Shown here in pieces: positions 39,070-53,401 of a stretch of DNA of 64,000 nucleotides. Positions within the stretch are counted from its first letter, which is position 1; every line of letters begins with the position of its first letter. The DNA lies in NCBI GenBank assembly GCA_964057225.1, contig OZ059894.1, positions 14,384,001 to 14,448,000 of the forward strand, given 5' to 3'. Source of the stretch: Auanema rhodensis. Its lineage: Eukaryota > Animalia > Nematoda. A program made the position numbers and the translations under genes. Under the pieces are notes generated by a model. It ran no database searches. It was given only the letters and a program-made list of their open reading frames with translations, and was not told the origin of the DNA.

Positions 39070-40629
39070 ACTTTTATATCACAGAGTTGCTAAGGGCTAC
39101 AATTATTTCGTTCTTGAAGATCATAATTATTCTCGCATATATGGTGTAGTTAACATTCCTAATATTAGCATATTTCTTTGTACAAATGTTTTTATATGTT
39201 TCCTCTGCACCCGGTTTTATGTGATATGTTTTTGTCATTCTTCGCAACCCGTTTCTTCTTAGTTAATCAGGTTTCCAAATTTCTTGTTTCATTTGACCTT
39301 TTTATGTACATTACCTATTACATATACTTGACCTATGACAGGATACGTATAATAATGTTTGATTAAGTGTGGTTTCAAGATTTATCTGTATTTTTTCAGT
39401 TGCATTTTGCATTGACCACTACGTATCATCACTGATATTACCCCTATCTTCCCATCCTACTTCTTTTTTTTTCCTGTCGGTTGGTGTTGGTTTTGATAGT
39501 TTGTTATGCAAATACGATTATATACCGAACTGGCGCGGGCAGTGATGAGCTTTCTTTCTAGTCGAACAGTTTCATCGTCGACCTGCCTCTCACTAGTTCA
39601 TTCATTTTTGTCTTTTTTCTGTTCTGATCTTCTATTTGTGGAAGTTGAACAAAAATCGTTGAATGTGATAACTATATATGTATACATATATTTATTAATT
39701 TATTCATCAATAATTTACCCATTTTTACTGGTGCTTTTTAAAATATCGAAGTTTTTATTATACATATTCTTTTTTATCGGTAAAATTGATTTTAATTCTC
39801 TTGTTTTTTTACAGAATGCGGTATTATAAAACCGTGATATACCTAAAGTATAATTTAATATATAATGTAAGCTATTATCCCTTTCTTCATCCTAACATTA
39901 TTGAACTATTTGCAAATAACATCTGAATTTCTATGTTCCACAATCGTATATTCTAAATTATCATTACTAAGTTCGTAAATGATATGCTGATTACGCTTTA
40001 TACGCACCAAAAGTAGTTCACGTTTTTTTCACGCAGTTTTCACGTATTGTTAAATTTTGCTTTCATTAACGTTTCTTTATCACGTGCTTTGTCTTAAGCT
40101 CATAAGTTTCAACTACTTGTTGATCTCCTGATCTTCATGGGTTGTTGAATTGTTTAGTTTTCTTCAATTTATTTGACTTTTCGTTTTGATCAGTAAGAGA
40201 AAGAATTTGCAATTTTCTTGGATTTTGCAATGTACAAAAACTGTCTTTAACTTTTCCAATTATATGCTCGTTCTCTTTCATGTTTTTATTTTACACATTT
40301 TTCGTTTTCTACAACAACATGGGTGCAATCGGTGGTTGTTTGAGGGCTTGCTTTGCTTTTTTCTATATCACATGTCTTGTTCTTCCTTCTTTTTTCTCTT
40401 AGTTATGCTCTGTTGACATTGTTTCTTGTCATTATATGGTTTTAATGGAGTGGTCACGTTTTCACCTCGTGCTCATTTTGAGCTTTTCCATGTTACCAAT
40501 CACATTAACACTGTAATTATAAGTTTTGTGGTTTTGTTTCATTGCTGATTTGTATTGCTCCTATCATTTTTTCGTAATGTTCTTGCTCGAGATCACGGTA
40601 TTATTAATCATAATTGTATTTCCTTCAGT

Positions 40630-42657
40630 ATGGGTTCGACTGAAGGAGGGGGCGCCTCTGCCGAAGGCGTCGCTTGGCCGAACCGTAAGGAAGCTTATAA
40701 ATTAGAAAATGAGGCTATTGGTATCGGCGCTACAGCAACAGTGTATAAGGTATCTTGTGACTAGTCTTTTATTCAATATTGTGAAATTGTTTCAGGCTCT
40801 TTGCGTGCCACGGAATGAAAAATGCGCTATTAAGTGCATTAACCTTGAAAAATGCCAAACCTCCGTTGATGAGCTAAGTCATGAAATTCAGGTTCTTTTA
40901 ACTATATGAAGAACTTATGGAATAATATTGCAAATTTCAGGCCATGTATCTGTGCTCTCACCCTAATGTCGTAAATTACTATACATCTTTTGTCGTTGGT
41001 GAAGAATTATGGGTTGTCATGCGGTTATTAAGTTGTGGTTCTATGCTAGACATATTAAAAAGAAAGATTAAGGTTAGTTTCTTATTTTACTGATATTAAT
41101 GTATTCTTTTCTGTTATACACTTCATCAATTTCAGGCTATTGGCAAAGAGCAAGCCATGCATGGCGTTCTTGATGAAACCACAATAGCTACCGTACTCCG
41201 CGAAGTGCTTAAAGGCTTGGATTATTTCCATTCTAGTGGCCAAGTTCATCGTGATATTAAGGTTTTGAAAATTGTTTTTTCCATCCCATGTATGATTTTT
41301 AATATGCAGGCCGGTAATATATTACTTGCTGATGACGGCTCTGTACAAATCGCCGATTTTGGAGTATCGGGTTGGTTGGCAGCTTCAGGAGGTGATCTTT
41401 CTAGACAAGTATTTCAAAAACGCAATTGAAATATATCTAATTCAACTAATTTTTAGAAAGTACGGCACACCTTCGTCGGAACACCCTGCTGGTTTGTTTT
41501 TCATTTCTGTTTTTTAGATATGCTGAAAAACAACTTTAGGATGGCTCCAGAAGTAATGGAACAGGTTCAAGGATATGATTTCAAGGCTGACATTTGGAGC
41601 CTGGGTATCTTAGCTATCGAACTTGCTACCGGAACTGCGCCCTATCATAAATTCCCTCCCATGAAAGTAATATTATACAGTATTTTTGGATTAGAATCTC
41701 AATAATTTAGGTCTTAATGCTCACACTGCAAAATGATCCTCCAACATTGGAAACAAATGCCGAAAGAAAAGATCAATATAAAAATTATGGAAAATCTTTT
41801 AGAGCTTTGATAAAAGACTGCCTTCAAGTAATATTTTTCTTCCGGTTGGTATGAGTAATCGATGTTTTTATTTGAGAAAGATCCTACGAAACGCCCAACA
41901 GCTGCAGAACTATTGAAATATTCTTTCTTCAAAAAAGCCAAGGATAAAAAACATCTCGTCCATGCTCTCATTGAGAACTTGGCTGCTGTACCAGTTATCA
42001 GTCATCATAGTAGTGCTAAAAAGGTTGAAACAAATTGGAGATATGAAATATTTTATTAATTATCTCAGGTTGCTTCCGGAAAACTTAAAAAGGATAAGGA
42101 TGGCAATTGGGAATTTGAGTATGATTCACCACCGGGAACAGATGAATCTAGTGATGAAGAAGAACCTCGTGCAAAAGAGAGCGATTCTGCTCCTCCAGTA
42201 CAACCATCCATAGAAGGGGAACCCCAAACATTGAATCTGGTTAGTGATAATAGGATTATTATCAATAATAAGCCATGTTTCTAGGTTTTACGTGTTAGGA
42301 ATCAACAACGTGAACTGAATGATATTAAGTTTGATTATACACCAACAGCTGATACCGGTTCGTGTTGTAGTGAGGAATACTTCATAATTCTTTCTATTTA
42401 GTTGACGGAATAGCTCATGAACTTGTCACAGCTGAATTAATAGATTGCCATGACTTGGTGATAGTAGCCGCTAATTTACAAAAATTGATTATAAACGCCC
42501 AGCAAAAGTGTGACCGGAAGTCTGTAACGTTTGCTTTAAACTCTGGAGTAGCCCCCAATGAGGTAGTTTTATAGTTTGTTTAAGCGCAAAGTAATTTTTT
42601 CAGGTTCCTGATGAGCGAACACTTACTGGATTCGCCCAGATCTCGCTTATAGACTGA
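40630..42657 (+). CDS. gck-3: STE20-family kinase SPAK/OSR1 ortholog, 13 exons
   Basis: Motifs [43 protein letters not shown] and [22 protein letters not shown]-terminal CCT domain [19 protein letters not shown]...[11 protein letters not shown]. Confidence 0.97.
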
Positions 42658-44168
42658 TATCAAATGTCGCGTTCATTTCAATCCAAATTTTGAAATTCCC
42701 CATAACTGATATTGTCAAGATTGGTTAATGAATCATATTTAAGCTGGCATCTTGATTCAGATGAAAAAAAAATATTTTTATTTTGAATGTGGCGCTTCTT
42801 CTAGCTTTCGCGCATCCAGGATACTCAGCCTCACCATAAATTTAAAAAATCCATTCCATCGAACTCTTAGAATTTTTATGCTTTTAGGTTTAAATTGTAA
42901 TTTTTCTATATAAGGGATACAGAGTCGCGAGCTGATATCAGTTTTATTTATTATTGTCTCATGTTCAGTTCAGTAAGAGTTTTTATAAATAAAATTTGTT
43001 GATTTTGAGTTCAATGCTTCGATATTTTTCATATTATCATGTAATATTTAAAAGAGTTGAGACATAATTATGTGGAACAACAATCAAAAATCGGTTTATC
43101 TATTCTTATGACTGTTGTGTATTGTATGCGTCTGGACTGCTTTTGTACTTCAAGTGAACTGTGGCGTGGACGTAAAGTTCAATTGACCTTGTAGCCATCA
43201 CTAACAAGTAATATGGTATAATACATGAATTTAACTGTTTTCACAGTTTTAATGGTTTTCTGCATAATCTTTGTTCAATTTGTTTATATTTCGTGTATAA
43301 TACTTAAGTGCATTCATCTATTAAAGCATAACAATATAAAAACTTCTTTTCAATCAACACATTGATAGAAGAAAGAGAGTATATAAAAATATTTATTATA
43401 AAACAATATTTACGAAAAATAAATTTTTTTATGTAATATATTTTAAAATTATGAAATACGGTAAGAAAGGGTTAATGTCAGAAGATGACATAGTTAAGAT
43501 GATGACGTATTTAATCATCTCTCACAATTCATATGACTTCCATCAAATATCAAAGCCAAAAGAATTCATGCTAACTTGTTATAATATATGAATACTGAAT
43601 ATATTTAACTTATAAAATATATATTATTGATAATATTGAGGGTATTGTGTTTTGTCATATACATTCATACAGATATATAGCAAAACTGGAGATGCACAAG
43701 CATGATCAAATTAAATATAAATTAAGATGTTAAATTATTATAAAATACATATAAATTAACATTTATTTTCATTTGTTTAAAAGCAGATCAATAACATTTG
43801 AATAAATAAATAATAATAATGAAAGACAGGCAACATGAATGCGTGTTGTTTTAACTCAAGCGAGTGAGAATATATTGCAAAACCAATATGGTATACGGTA
43901 AGTATGAGCATAACTTCAATAAGGTTTAGTACTCTGCTTAAGTATAAATTACTTTAGAACATTGAAGAACGACTAGTTCATTGTATTATTTTATAACGTC
44001 TAATTTGTATCAGACTACGGTAGAAATGATTGGGCAATACTATATAAGGGAAATGACGTCACGGAACCAAACATAAATAAATAGAACATATGGATAGGTT
44101 GAGAGATAGAGGGAATTTTTGGGGGGAAATAAACAAGGAAAGATACCCGTAGGGCTAGCGAAGACAGG

Positions 44169-47100
44169 TTACTTGCCAGTATTCGTCATGTAATGAATGG
44201 ATTGGAACCAGCGGTTGGGCTGGAAACGGTTCCAGAATCCAGGCTCTGTAAAAGCAATATCGTTAGCTACTGCTGGTAAAGCTGCAGTACAGACAGATAG
44301 TCAAAGTGAAATAAATATTTTGTTAGAAAGGTTTTTTTGAATTTATTGAACTATTAGTTTAGAATTGATTAATCGGTTATGTTTTTTCAAGCTTGTTATG
44401 TTTTTGAGTTTTTGGTTAATGAACTATCATATCTAGTGTATAGAAACCGTTTCAGTTAAAAAATAGTAGTATTGTACATGCTTATCGTAGATCTACATTA
44501 TTAGGTTCAAAGCTTTTGTTATATTTGAGATTATACTCTTATACTTTTCTAAGAATATCTGTTAATGATACGAGAAGAGCTTTAGATCGTGCCGTTACTT
44601 TAGACATCCACACATCCATACCTTGTTCTGTATGCTGATCAATTGGCTTTTGGAAAGCTAGCTCTGGTCCTTGTGGAGGAGGCACAGTCACCGGTATTGG
44701 TTTGAATGTATGTTTTACGCTCTTCTCAGTTGGGTTTTTCTGAGTTTTCTGTTCAACTTGCTTCTTCTCAGATTTTCCGCCTTTAGACTTGCTACGCTTG
44801 CTGAAAGTAGAAGATATGTTTTGAAAGTTGTCTTATTGTACGTTGTCGTTGGTGGAAGAGTTGTAGGTTCTTCTTCTGATTTCTCCGTTACATCTTCCTC
44901 TTCTTCTGGCTCAACAGATTCTTCTGGTAGAGATACCTAGAGAATACATAATTATGATGATTGAGAAAGCATCAACAGTAATCCAACCTGCGTGGTTTCT
45001 TCAGATTTTTCAGTTTCATTTTCTTCTCCACTAATTGGGGCATTAGTGGTTGAAAGAAGTTTTTGCCAGAATGGAATATATTTAGCTGTTGGTTTTCCTT
45101 TTTGTCCAACAGTGAATCTGCAAAAGTACACAATTATTCCTTGATCTATGAATAAAAAACAATTACTTGTCCCAAATATTGCCCTTGGTAGTTGTTATAT
45201 CGGGCTCAGCTGTAGTTGTAGCAGCGGTTGGCTTACTCTTTGGCCTTGGTGAAGCTCTCTTCTTTTCCTGGCTCGGGGGCTGAAAAAAATTTCAATGATT
45301 ATAATTCTGAATAAGTAAACGGAATGAGCATGCAGAACACATATCCGTTTCTTGACGTGCAAAACTGATAAAAGCTATAATTCTAGCAAGAAGCAACAAA
45401 CTTCATCTCACCAATAGATGATGATTTACTTGCAAATATATGGGATACCTGTTGTTTTCTTGACTTCTTGCTAGCTTTTGTAGGTGACGCCGTTGTTGTT
45501 GTAGTAGTTGTCGTCGTTTCTTCAACTTCTTCAGATGTAGAAGCCACCAATTCCTCTTCGTCTGGAGTGGGCTCAGTTGTGGCCGCGGCGGCTGGTGTAG
45601 TTGGACGTCGTGTCAGCAATCTCAGGCGATTCAACTAAGATCATATCATTTCATGCAGGTATTTTTGGCTGTTTCGAATCAATACAAAACTGATTGTGAA
45701 TAACTGGGCAAAACAGCCAAAAAAATGCGAAAAACTAAATAAACGGAGTTCAAAACGGACTTCCTTATTTCTTACACAACAAAGGCAAGGTAGTCACATG
45801 CTAAAGCTGAAGACAAAAAAAGCGGAAATAGATGCTTCATTCTCTTATAGAGAGCCGGATAGGTAAAATAACGAAAAATAGGTTTGTTTGCCATAAAGGT
45901 TTCAGATTCAAAACAATTTTGATATAAACATACTCTGGTAGTTTTTTCTACTACAGTGTCTTCTTCATCAATAATTGCAGCATTCAATAAGCCTGTTTGA
46001 GTATTACATATTGTTGTAGCATAACATCTGGATATCATCTAAAAAAATTCAAAAAAATGTTACAAAATATCGGTAAATGCTTGTTCACTTGATGAATGTA
46101 AGCTTTAGCCTTGTATGCATCCTTTCGATATTTGGCTATGAAAGTTTCAAAAGTGCCCGACTGGCGACAATATGCAGCATCCGAAGCATCTTGACATTTG
46201 AATGACATTTTTTCCCCTGAAATTTAGAAAAAAAAATAGTTCTTGAGCTTGTTTATCTGACCTCTTTCATGACAATAGTTGAAGCACATGACACCAAAGC
46301 CGAGCTGTTGACAGGCTCCATGACGAGCTTTGTAAATGGAAGAACAGGTCTTCTTATACTAAATTGTATTGTAATTTATTATTATAAGCTGACATGGTGA
46401 GTGTCTAACCTGGAAGTTGCTTCCCACGGGCTCCTTAGCTCCCGATTTTGGTAAAACCCAAGTCTTGTCAAGAGCTCGAATAAGTTTGTTCAAACGCTCC
46501 ACGTCAATAGACTCACTACGTCCGGGGCTTTGAGCCTATAATTGTTTGATGTAATCATCGTCATCTCTTCAATTTTGTTCCTCCGTAGAAGGGATGATCA
46601 GTCAATAAATGAAAAATGAAGAAAAAAGGCAAATAAGATTGAATCATTAAATTTGAGTTTAATTAAAGTAAGTTTATCACTGTATTTTTTCGTGTATAGA
46701 TGTATATCGAAATCACGCAGATACTTGAACTTCAAAAGTTTTAAGCTGTTTAACTTAAACTCACCACATTCTTACTAGCTGTTCTAGCTGGGGCTTGAGC
46801 GATACTTAATCTAGATTTAGTCTGTTCGATAGCACGATTTACAGCAGCTTGACGAGATTCTGGAATAAACATATTCTTCATTGATGACTGTAAATATATT
46901 ATTCTTGAAAAAAATCTGATTTTTTACTCAAACATTTCCAGAAAAAAAGTTCAAAGTTAATTGAACAATCTAAGCTTTTTTCAAATTATATAATCTGTTT
47001 TTCTCGGCTGAGTTAAAAGCCTTGCGAAGCTTATTTAGAATCGATGACGATCAGGAAGAATAGTGAGAAAACGGCTAAGTCAACATAACGAGTAGAGTTA

Positions 47101-48605
47101 AGACAGAGGAACTTGGGTGTGAAAGAGCGATAAAATTTTTTTTCTCCCTGCTTTCCTACTTTAAGAGCATTTTATGAAAAGTGTATAAGTGGCAACCGTT
47201 TATGAAATTTGAATAAAATGGTCTTTGATTTAAACTATACAAGGCTGGCTTGAAGTACTAATAAATCAACATGCTTATGCTTGTACAGCTGACAATATCA
47301 TATTCAAACTGTCATGAAACTCTCGTACGACGGCTCTCTTCTCTCAGTTGTCGTTGTTGTTGTCATACTCATCTTCACCTTATTATTATTCGTCTTCTTC
47401 TTCTCTTTCACTTGACGATTTTGCTCAATGCTTCTCGTTTCTGCGTGACCATGGCACTCAAGTTTGACTTTATTTCGTCTGGGGTAGAAGGGTTGTTTGC
47501 GGAAAACTAGCTTCTAACCAATGAAGAAGGGGCTTGCTATCCTCCTTCCGACGATGGACCTAACTGACCACGCGACGAACTCTCTGTCTTTCTCTTACAA
47601 AGCCTCTTCTCCCCCTACATATCTCTCTCACTTCTCTTTCTTAGATTTCCCTGTAGATCTATCTCTCATCCAACTCTACTAACTGTGTGCATATGTATGC
47701 TCGACATATGAAACTACGTGTGATGAATAAATAGAAGAACATGCGCTTCAGGGTCTTCCGTTGAATTGTACCCCAAATATGTTTCTTCTTTTCATTGTAT
47801 TCCGAGCAAGTTATATCTCACGGCTCAAACCAAATTAATTAAAAGTGTTTTACATCTCTCTCAAAATGAATGGAAATACTATCCAAAGTATGTCTCTCAA
47901 ATCATGAATCAAAGAATTCTTGAAACTCTTCAGCATGGGGATAGTTTTTGAATTATGATTCTTGGCGCAAAGCATAGTTTCGATGAAAAAACCAGTCCAA
48001 TAAAATTTCCGACCACAGTTTCGACGAGCCATGAATAGGTAAGAAAAAAACTTTCTTCTGAACTTCAAGGCGGATTAACACGAAAAATGATCGTCTTGGT
48101 GAAGCAAATACACGAGTCATAGTATTCAAAAATAGATATAAACGTCATTGCTTGTCAAAAGGTGTGAACGAGCAGTTTTTGAAGTTTATCCTCCAAATAA
48201 GGTTCAGAATTGAAAATGTTTGTATTGGAGAGAAAGGAAAACTAAAACAACTATTGTTTTCTCAAATTTGAATCGTGTTATCTCACAAAACTAAGAACTA
48301 TAGCGAAGACAATTGAAAAAGAACTAAGCTGAGAAGGTGATCGCAAAACAGTCATAGCACAAAAATGCGATCAAAACCATTGAAGTAAAAGAAATGTGAA
48401 ACCGGAAAAAAATTGACAGTGATAAAGTATGATTATTGGCTATTCAAAAGAGATATAGAAAAGCTTATCGTACTAAGATGATACAACTCATTATATTGAA
48501 AAGATATCTCATAAGAATAATAAATATGAAATATGAAATACTATACTTACCAGCTCCAGCAGAAACAGTTCCCAGTAAAAGGGAAGTAAGAAGTATTAGA
48601 CGCAT
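44169..48605 (-). CDS. Secreted protein with an 8-Cys domain and Thr/Glu-rich mucin-like stalk (12 exons)
   Basis: Signal peptide [16 protein letters not shown]. Cys domain [29 protein letters not shown]...[12 protein letters not shown]...[12 protein letters not shown]-rich region, then tail [25 protein letters not shown]. Canonical introns keep the frame; the first intron is ~1.7 kb. Confidence 0.85.
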
Positions 48606-50770
48606 GGTTAACTGGTACTGCTACTGTGTTTGATTGAAACTCTATGAATAAGAGAAGTATTTAAGTGAAAGATAAAAAATATTTCTGATTTGACAAGGTA
48701 TGTGTACAGATGAATCGCAAAGAAGTTTATAAAACAAATTATAAAATCGGAATTTAGACTATGAGGGAATGTGGAGCACTTGAATCCTCCACCCACCACG
48801 ACAGGCACCTATCGCACACAGTTTGGTGAGGGAAGAAGAAGCTGCTAGTTGTATGCGCCCCAGGGCTCGAGAGGCGGAGTCTGAGTGGACAAGGTGACCC
48901 CGGGAGGCTGCTCTCGGAGGGCTGGACTGTGAGGAGACCGTTTGACCGCTAGAGGAGAGAAAAGAACGCGTTCGGTGAGAGAGAGACAATAATTGGATGA
49001 GAGAAAAACGAGAGAAGAATTCAATGTAGACAAGCCTGGCTGAACAGTGAAATGACGGATAAAGGTGATGAGGACAGACGTCGGTGAAGGATAACACGCT
49101 CAGTCACGATATCAGCATATACCCCAAGAATAAAGAGCAGTGATGAGAGAAAAAGGTGATGAGAGAGAAAGCTAATGTGTGGAAAGGACAAGATGAGAAA
49201 GCCAAAAGAAAAGAAATCTCAAAAGATAGAAAGAACGGTAGTATGAATACCGTGGGAGAGAGATGGAAAGAGAAGAAGGGATAACGAAATTACCGAGCAA
49301 AAGAGTTTGATCTCACATCTGAAACTGACTTATCCAAGTGTCCAGATAATTGGGACATGACAGATATTGAATCCAAGAGCAGATGATATGCATTTTCACA
49401 CACAAAGGACAATAGAATGTTTAAGAAATCAAATATTAGCAGAACCTGGAATAAAAATGATGATCTTTCAGAATTTTAAAAGCCTAATGATATTATGATT
49501 TCATCAATTTACATATCCATACACACATGAGCACACACATGTGCACATGCACATACCCATGCACGCATCCAGTACTAGCACACAAAGATCTCTTGATCAT
49601 GCAACAATTCCTATATAGTATAGTATACAATAATAACTAATATATTAAAATATGAAAATGAATACCATTTCAATCAATAATCGTTTAAATAATTAGAATA
49701 ATATTTAAATTTTCGCGTGTACATTCACGTCATACTTTGGTTATGTTAAATTCCGTGAACGGTTTGCATTCTTCAACTTAATAATGTGTTCCCTTTGATT
49801 TATACAAAACGATTTTCGTTAAAATTATAATTTTTTATGGTTTTCGAAAAAAATAGAAAAAGAGGAATGCAAAAATTTTGTTTGGCAACTAAAAAGTTTT
49901 GAAAGTTTGGAGAATATTGAACAAGTGGCTTGTACTAAAATTCGTCTTGAGCCTTTTAGCCGATTTATCAAATTCTAACAACAACCAAGAAATTTTCAAG
50001 AGCTGCGAGAAAGGCTGAAATATCTACGTATCTTATCTTTTGTTCTTTTTTGCGAATATTCTCTTTTTTTCCACATTTATCTTTTCTCGTACGTGATTTC
50101 AAGATAAGTCCGACACTCCCAGTTAACAGCATTGTGCTTGAAGAACACGGGGTGCTCAGAACTTCCACTCAACGTAGTATTTTACATCTAAAAAAGGGAA
50201 AGCGACTTCATTGATCAAATTTAGAAAATGATAAGAGCTAACGTCCAATCATTGAGCAAAGAGATATGTTAGCTGAAGAACATAATAAAGATGCTTATTG
50301 TAGTGAATGATAAACAAAAATTTTTAAAAGTTTATTGAATCTTGTTCTAAACATCTAAAAATAACTCAATTTTAACCTTTGATTTAAGATTGAACAGAGA
50401 TCCTTGATTCAATACTTAAGTACTAAACTATCTCACACGTTTATCGTACATGTTGCCAAGTTCAGTACAAAGTCACCCATGGAACGATCCTAAATGATTT
50501 TTAAAAAAATGAAAGTACGAGCTATTTCTTTCTCGTATCTAAATGGAAGTTTTTTTTTTATATTCAGATGGTCTCTCTATAATATGAAAATGAGACCAAA
50601 AGATAAGTAATAGAGATCCGGTAACAAATCTAGATCTGATTATGATCTTTAGCGTTGTCTTTGAAAGACTACATGACAATAGCCCTTAAGCAACGTTCAT
50701 AGATTCCTACATTGTTTCGTTAGAAATTAGAAAAATTTAAACTTTTTTTATTCATTGAAATCAACTAAAA

Positions 50771-53401
50771 ATGAATGAATCCACTTATAAATATTTGGGT
50801 TTACTCTTACTTACTATTCAACAAGCCAGGTATTCTTCTTTAACCTTTTTTTTCTTTTTGTAATAACCCATTTTAGTATGCCATTAATGGCAAGATATTC
50901 ACGATATAGAGATGAATCTGAAATATTTTTTACAACTGTTAATGTCTTTGTGATGGAAGTGATTAAGTTAATTGTTTGTTCAATTATTATGATTTATACA
51001 GTGAAATCATTAGGAAAGTATGTTTAACTTCAATACGCTTTCCTTCTTAAAATTTTGTATTTTTAGATTTGTAAAAGATTTGAAAGTTGCAGTTTATGAT
51101 AATCCAACAGAAACTTTAAAAGTTTGTGTTCCTGCTCTCATTTATACTGTGCAGAATAATTTGTACTATATTGCTCTCACCCATCTAGAAGCTACAACAT
51201 TTTGCGTAAGTTCTTATTCGATTTTGAGGAGAGAAAAAAAAAAGAAAAAAACTGAAACGATTATGTGAGAAGTGAACCGGAATGTACATATATGTATATA
51301 GTTGCTATCTTTTTTTATGAAATAAAGAAAAACTATTTTTAAGGTCTGAGACAGTCTGTCATTCTCATCTGTTTTGTTTTTGCTGTGCTAAAAAAAATTT
51401 GTTTTGTTTAGAAACAAAGAGAATATAAAAACGGTAGGGAATGTATTTGCTCGTTTTCATGAAACCTCACATACTGTCCAGCAAATAAGAAACGAAATAG
51501 AGAGAAAGACAGATGAATCGTTTATAAGAAAGAGAGAGATATAGAGAATATGAGAGAAAAGAATCAAGACGATTCATAAGGAGCGAAAACTTCAAAAGAT
51601 AAACACAAGATTATATGGAACTATTGAACATTATTGACTGCACATTTCTTTGTATAATCTTCTATTAAATGAACATTTATGAAGAAATATCTGTTGCAAT
51701 ATACAGGAAAATACAATTATAGTAGTATTAGCTGAAATATTAAAAAAGAATTTGTAAAATATAAATTGAATACAACAGAAATTATATTTCAACTTCATGA
51801 AACTGTTTGAAATTTATCCATAGAGTTTACCAGCCTTCCAACTTTCAAGTTACTCATTTTTTTAGAAAATGGAATTATAAAAATATAAAAAATATATTAT
51901 TTTTAAAATTACAAGATAACATAACAAAACTTTATATTTTAGATTGCATATCAAATGAAAATTTTTACAACAGCAATTTTGATGTATTTCTTATTAGGAA
52001 AGCGATTATCATCAAAGCAATGGACAGCTTTGCTCATTTTAGTTATAGGTATTATATAATTCAAATTTCATTTAAATTGTTTTATTATGATTTTAGGAGT
52101 TATCGATGTTCAATTAGTTTATTCTCCTCCAACTAGTAAATCGGGTGTTGAACAAAATCCTGTACTTGGCTTCGTTTGTGTAGTTGTCATGTGTTTTACA
52201 TCAGCTTTCGCAGGTTTCGTTATGAATTTTTTATATTAATGATGATGGTTATGATACTTTTCTTTTTTTTTCTTTTTAGGTGTATATTTGGAAAAAGTTT
52301 TAAAGGAAAGTACCACCTCTGTTTGGATGCAAAACATTCGAATTGCTCTGATAGGCTTGCCCATCTCATTCATGTCCATGTGGTACTACGATTGGGAGAA
52401 CATCCAACAATGTAAGCAAGAGTTCAAATTGAAAACAAATATTCAAAATTTCTACAACATCTGACGAAACCTGATCAGATCGGAACCGACAACTTCAATG
52501 TTGTTGATGGAATACAATAGGTAGCGACAGTCGCTTGAACCATTACAGCTATAGCTACGAGACCTCTCTCCTGCTCTCTCAATATTTCTCTCTCATCAAC
52601 TGCGAATATCTACATATAAGAAACATCATCGACAGTACCGCAGTTGCTGTGTCCTGTTTGACAAACCTTATTTGGTCCTCCTCTATATCTTTTTGAAACG
52701 AAACCACCCTCAGACATGCGCAATATAAAGAGCATTGTGCTCTAGAGGTCGAGAAAAATGAAGCTTTTGTTGGCAAGAAAGAATGAAAGAAAGATCAATC
52801 TGTTGCAATTTGCGTTAAGATAAATAAAAGGTCAAGAGCGATTAGAACCGTTGACATCTTGAAAAAGGTGCGAGTTTTTAAGAAAAAAAACGAAAAAATG
52901 ATTCAAAGCAAATAAGTCAAACGAATTAAGATCACACCCTATCTCTTGATTTTTTATTTCAACTCGAAACAGGCTCTTATTCCTTTGAAAACATTTTTTT
53001 TTCCAGATGGTGCTTTCCGCGGTTGGGATTTGTTGGTCATCTGCTTGACCGTAACCAATTCAGTTGGAGGACTTCTCATTTCGATAGTCATCAAATATGC
53101 TGATAATATTTTGAAAGCTTATGCTCAAGTATGGCGATTGCAGAAAAAAATAAGACAAAAGATATTTCAGAGTATGGCTATTATTGGAGCTGCCATTGGA
53201 TCATGGTTACTGTTTGATTTCACACCTGGATTCTTCTTTATTGCTGGATCTGCACTTGTTATTGTTTCAATTATAATGTACACAACTAATCCTTACAAAC
53301 ATGATTCAATTCAATTTGATTTCAAACGATTTATCAATAATAATGAGAAAAACAGCAATAATCTGTTGATGATTAAGCCCACAAAAGGCTTAGCATTATG
53401 A
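50771..53401 (+). CDS. nstp-5: SLC35A-family Golgi nucleotide-sugar transporter (8 exons)
   Basis: YKYLGLLLLTIQQASMPLMARYSR, VPALIYTVQNNLYY, YQMKIFTTA, SAFAGVYLEKVLK, SVWMQNI and GGLLISIVIKYADNILKAY. The family is certain; the paralog name rests on my recollection of C. elegans ZK896.9. Confidence 0.9.
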
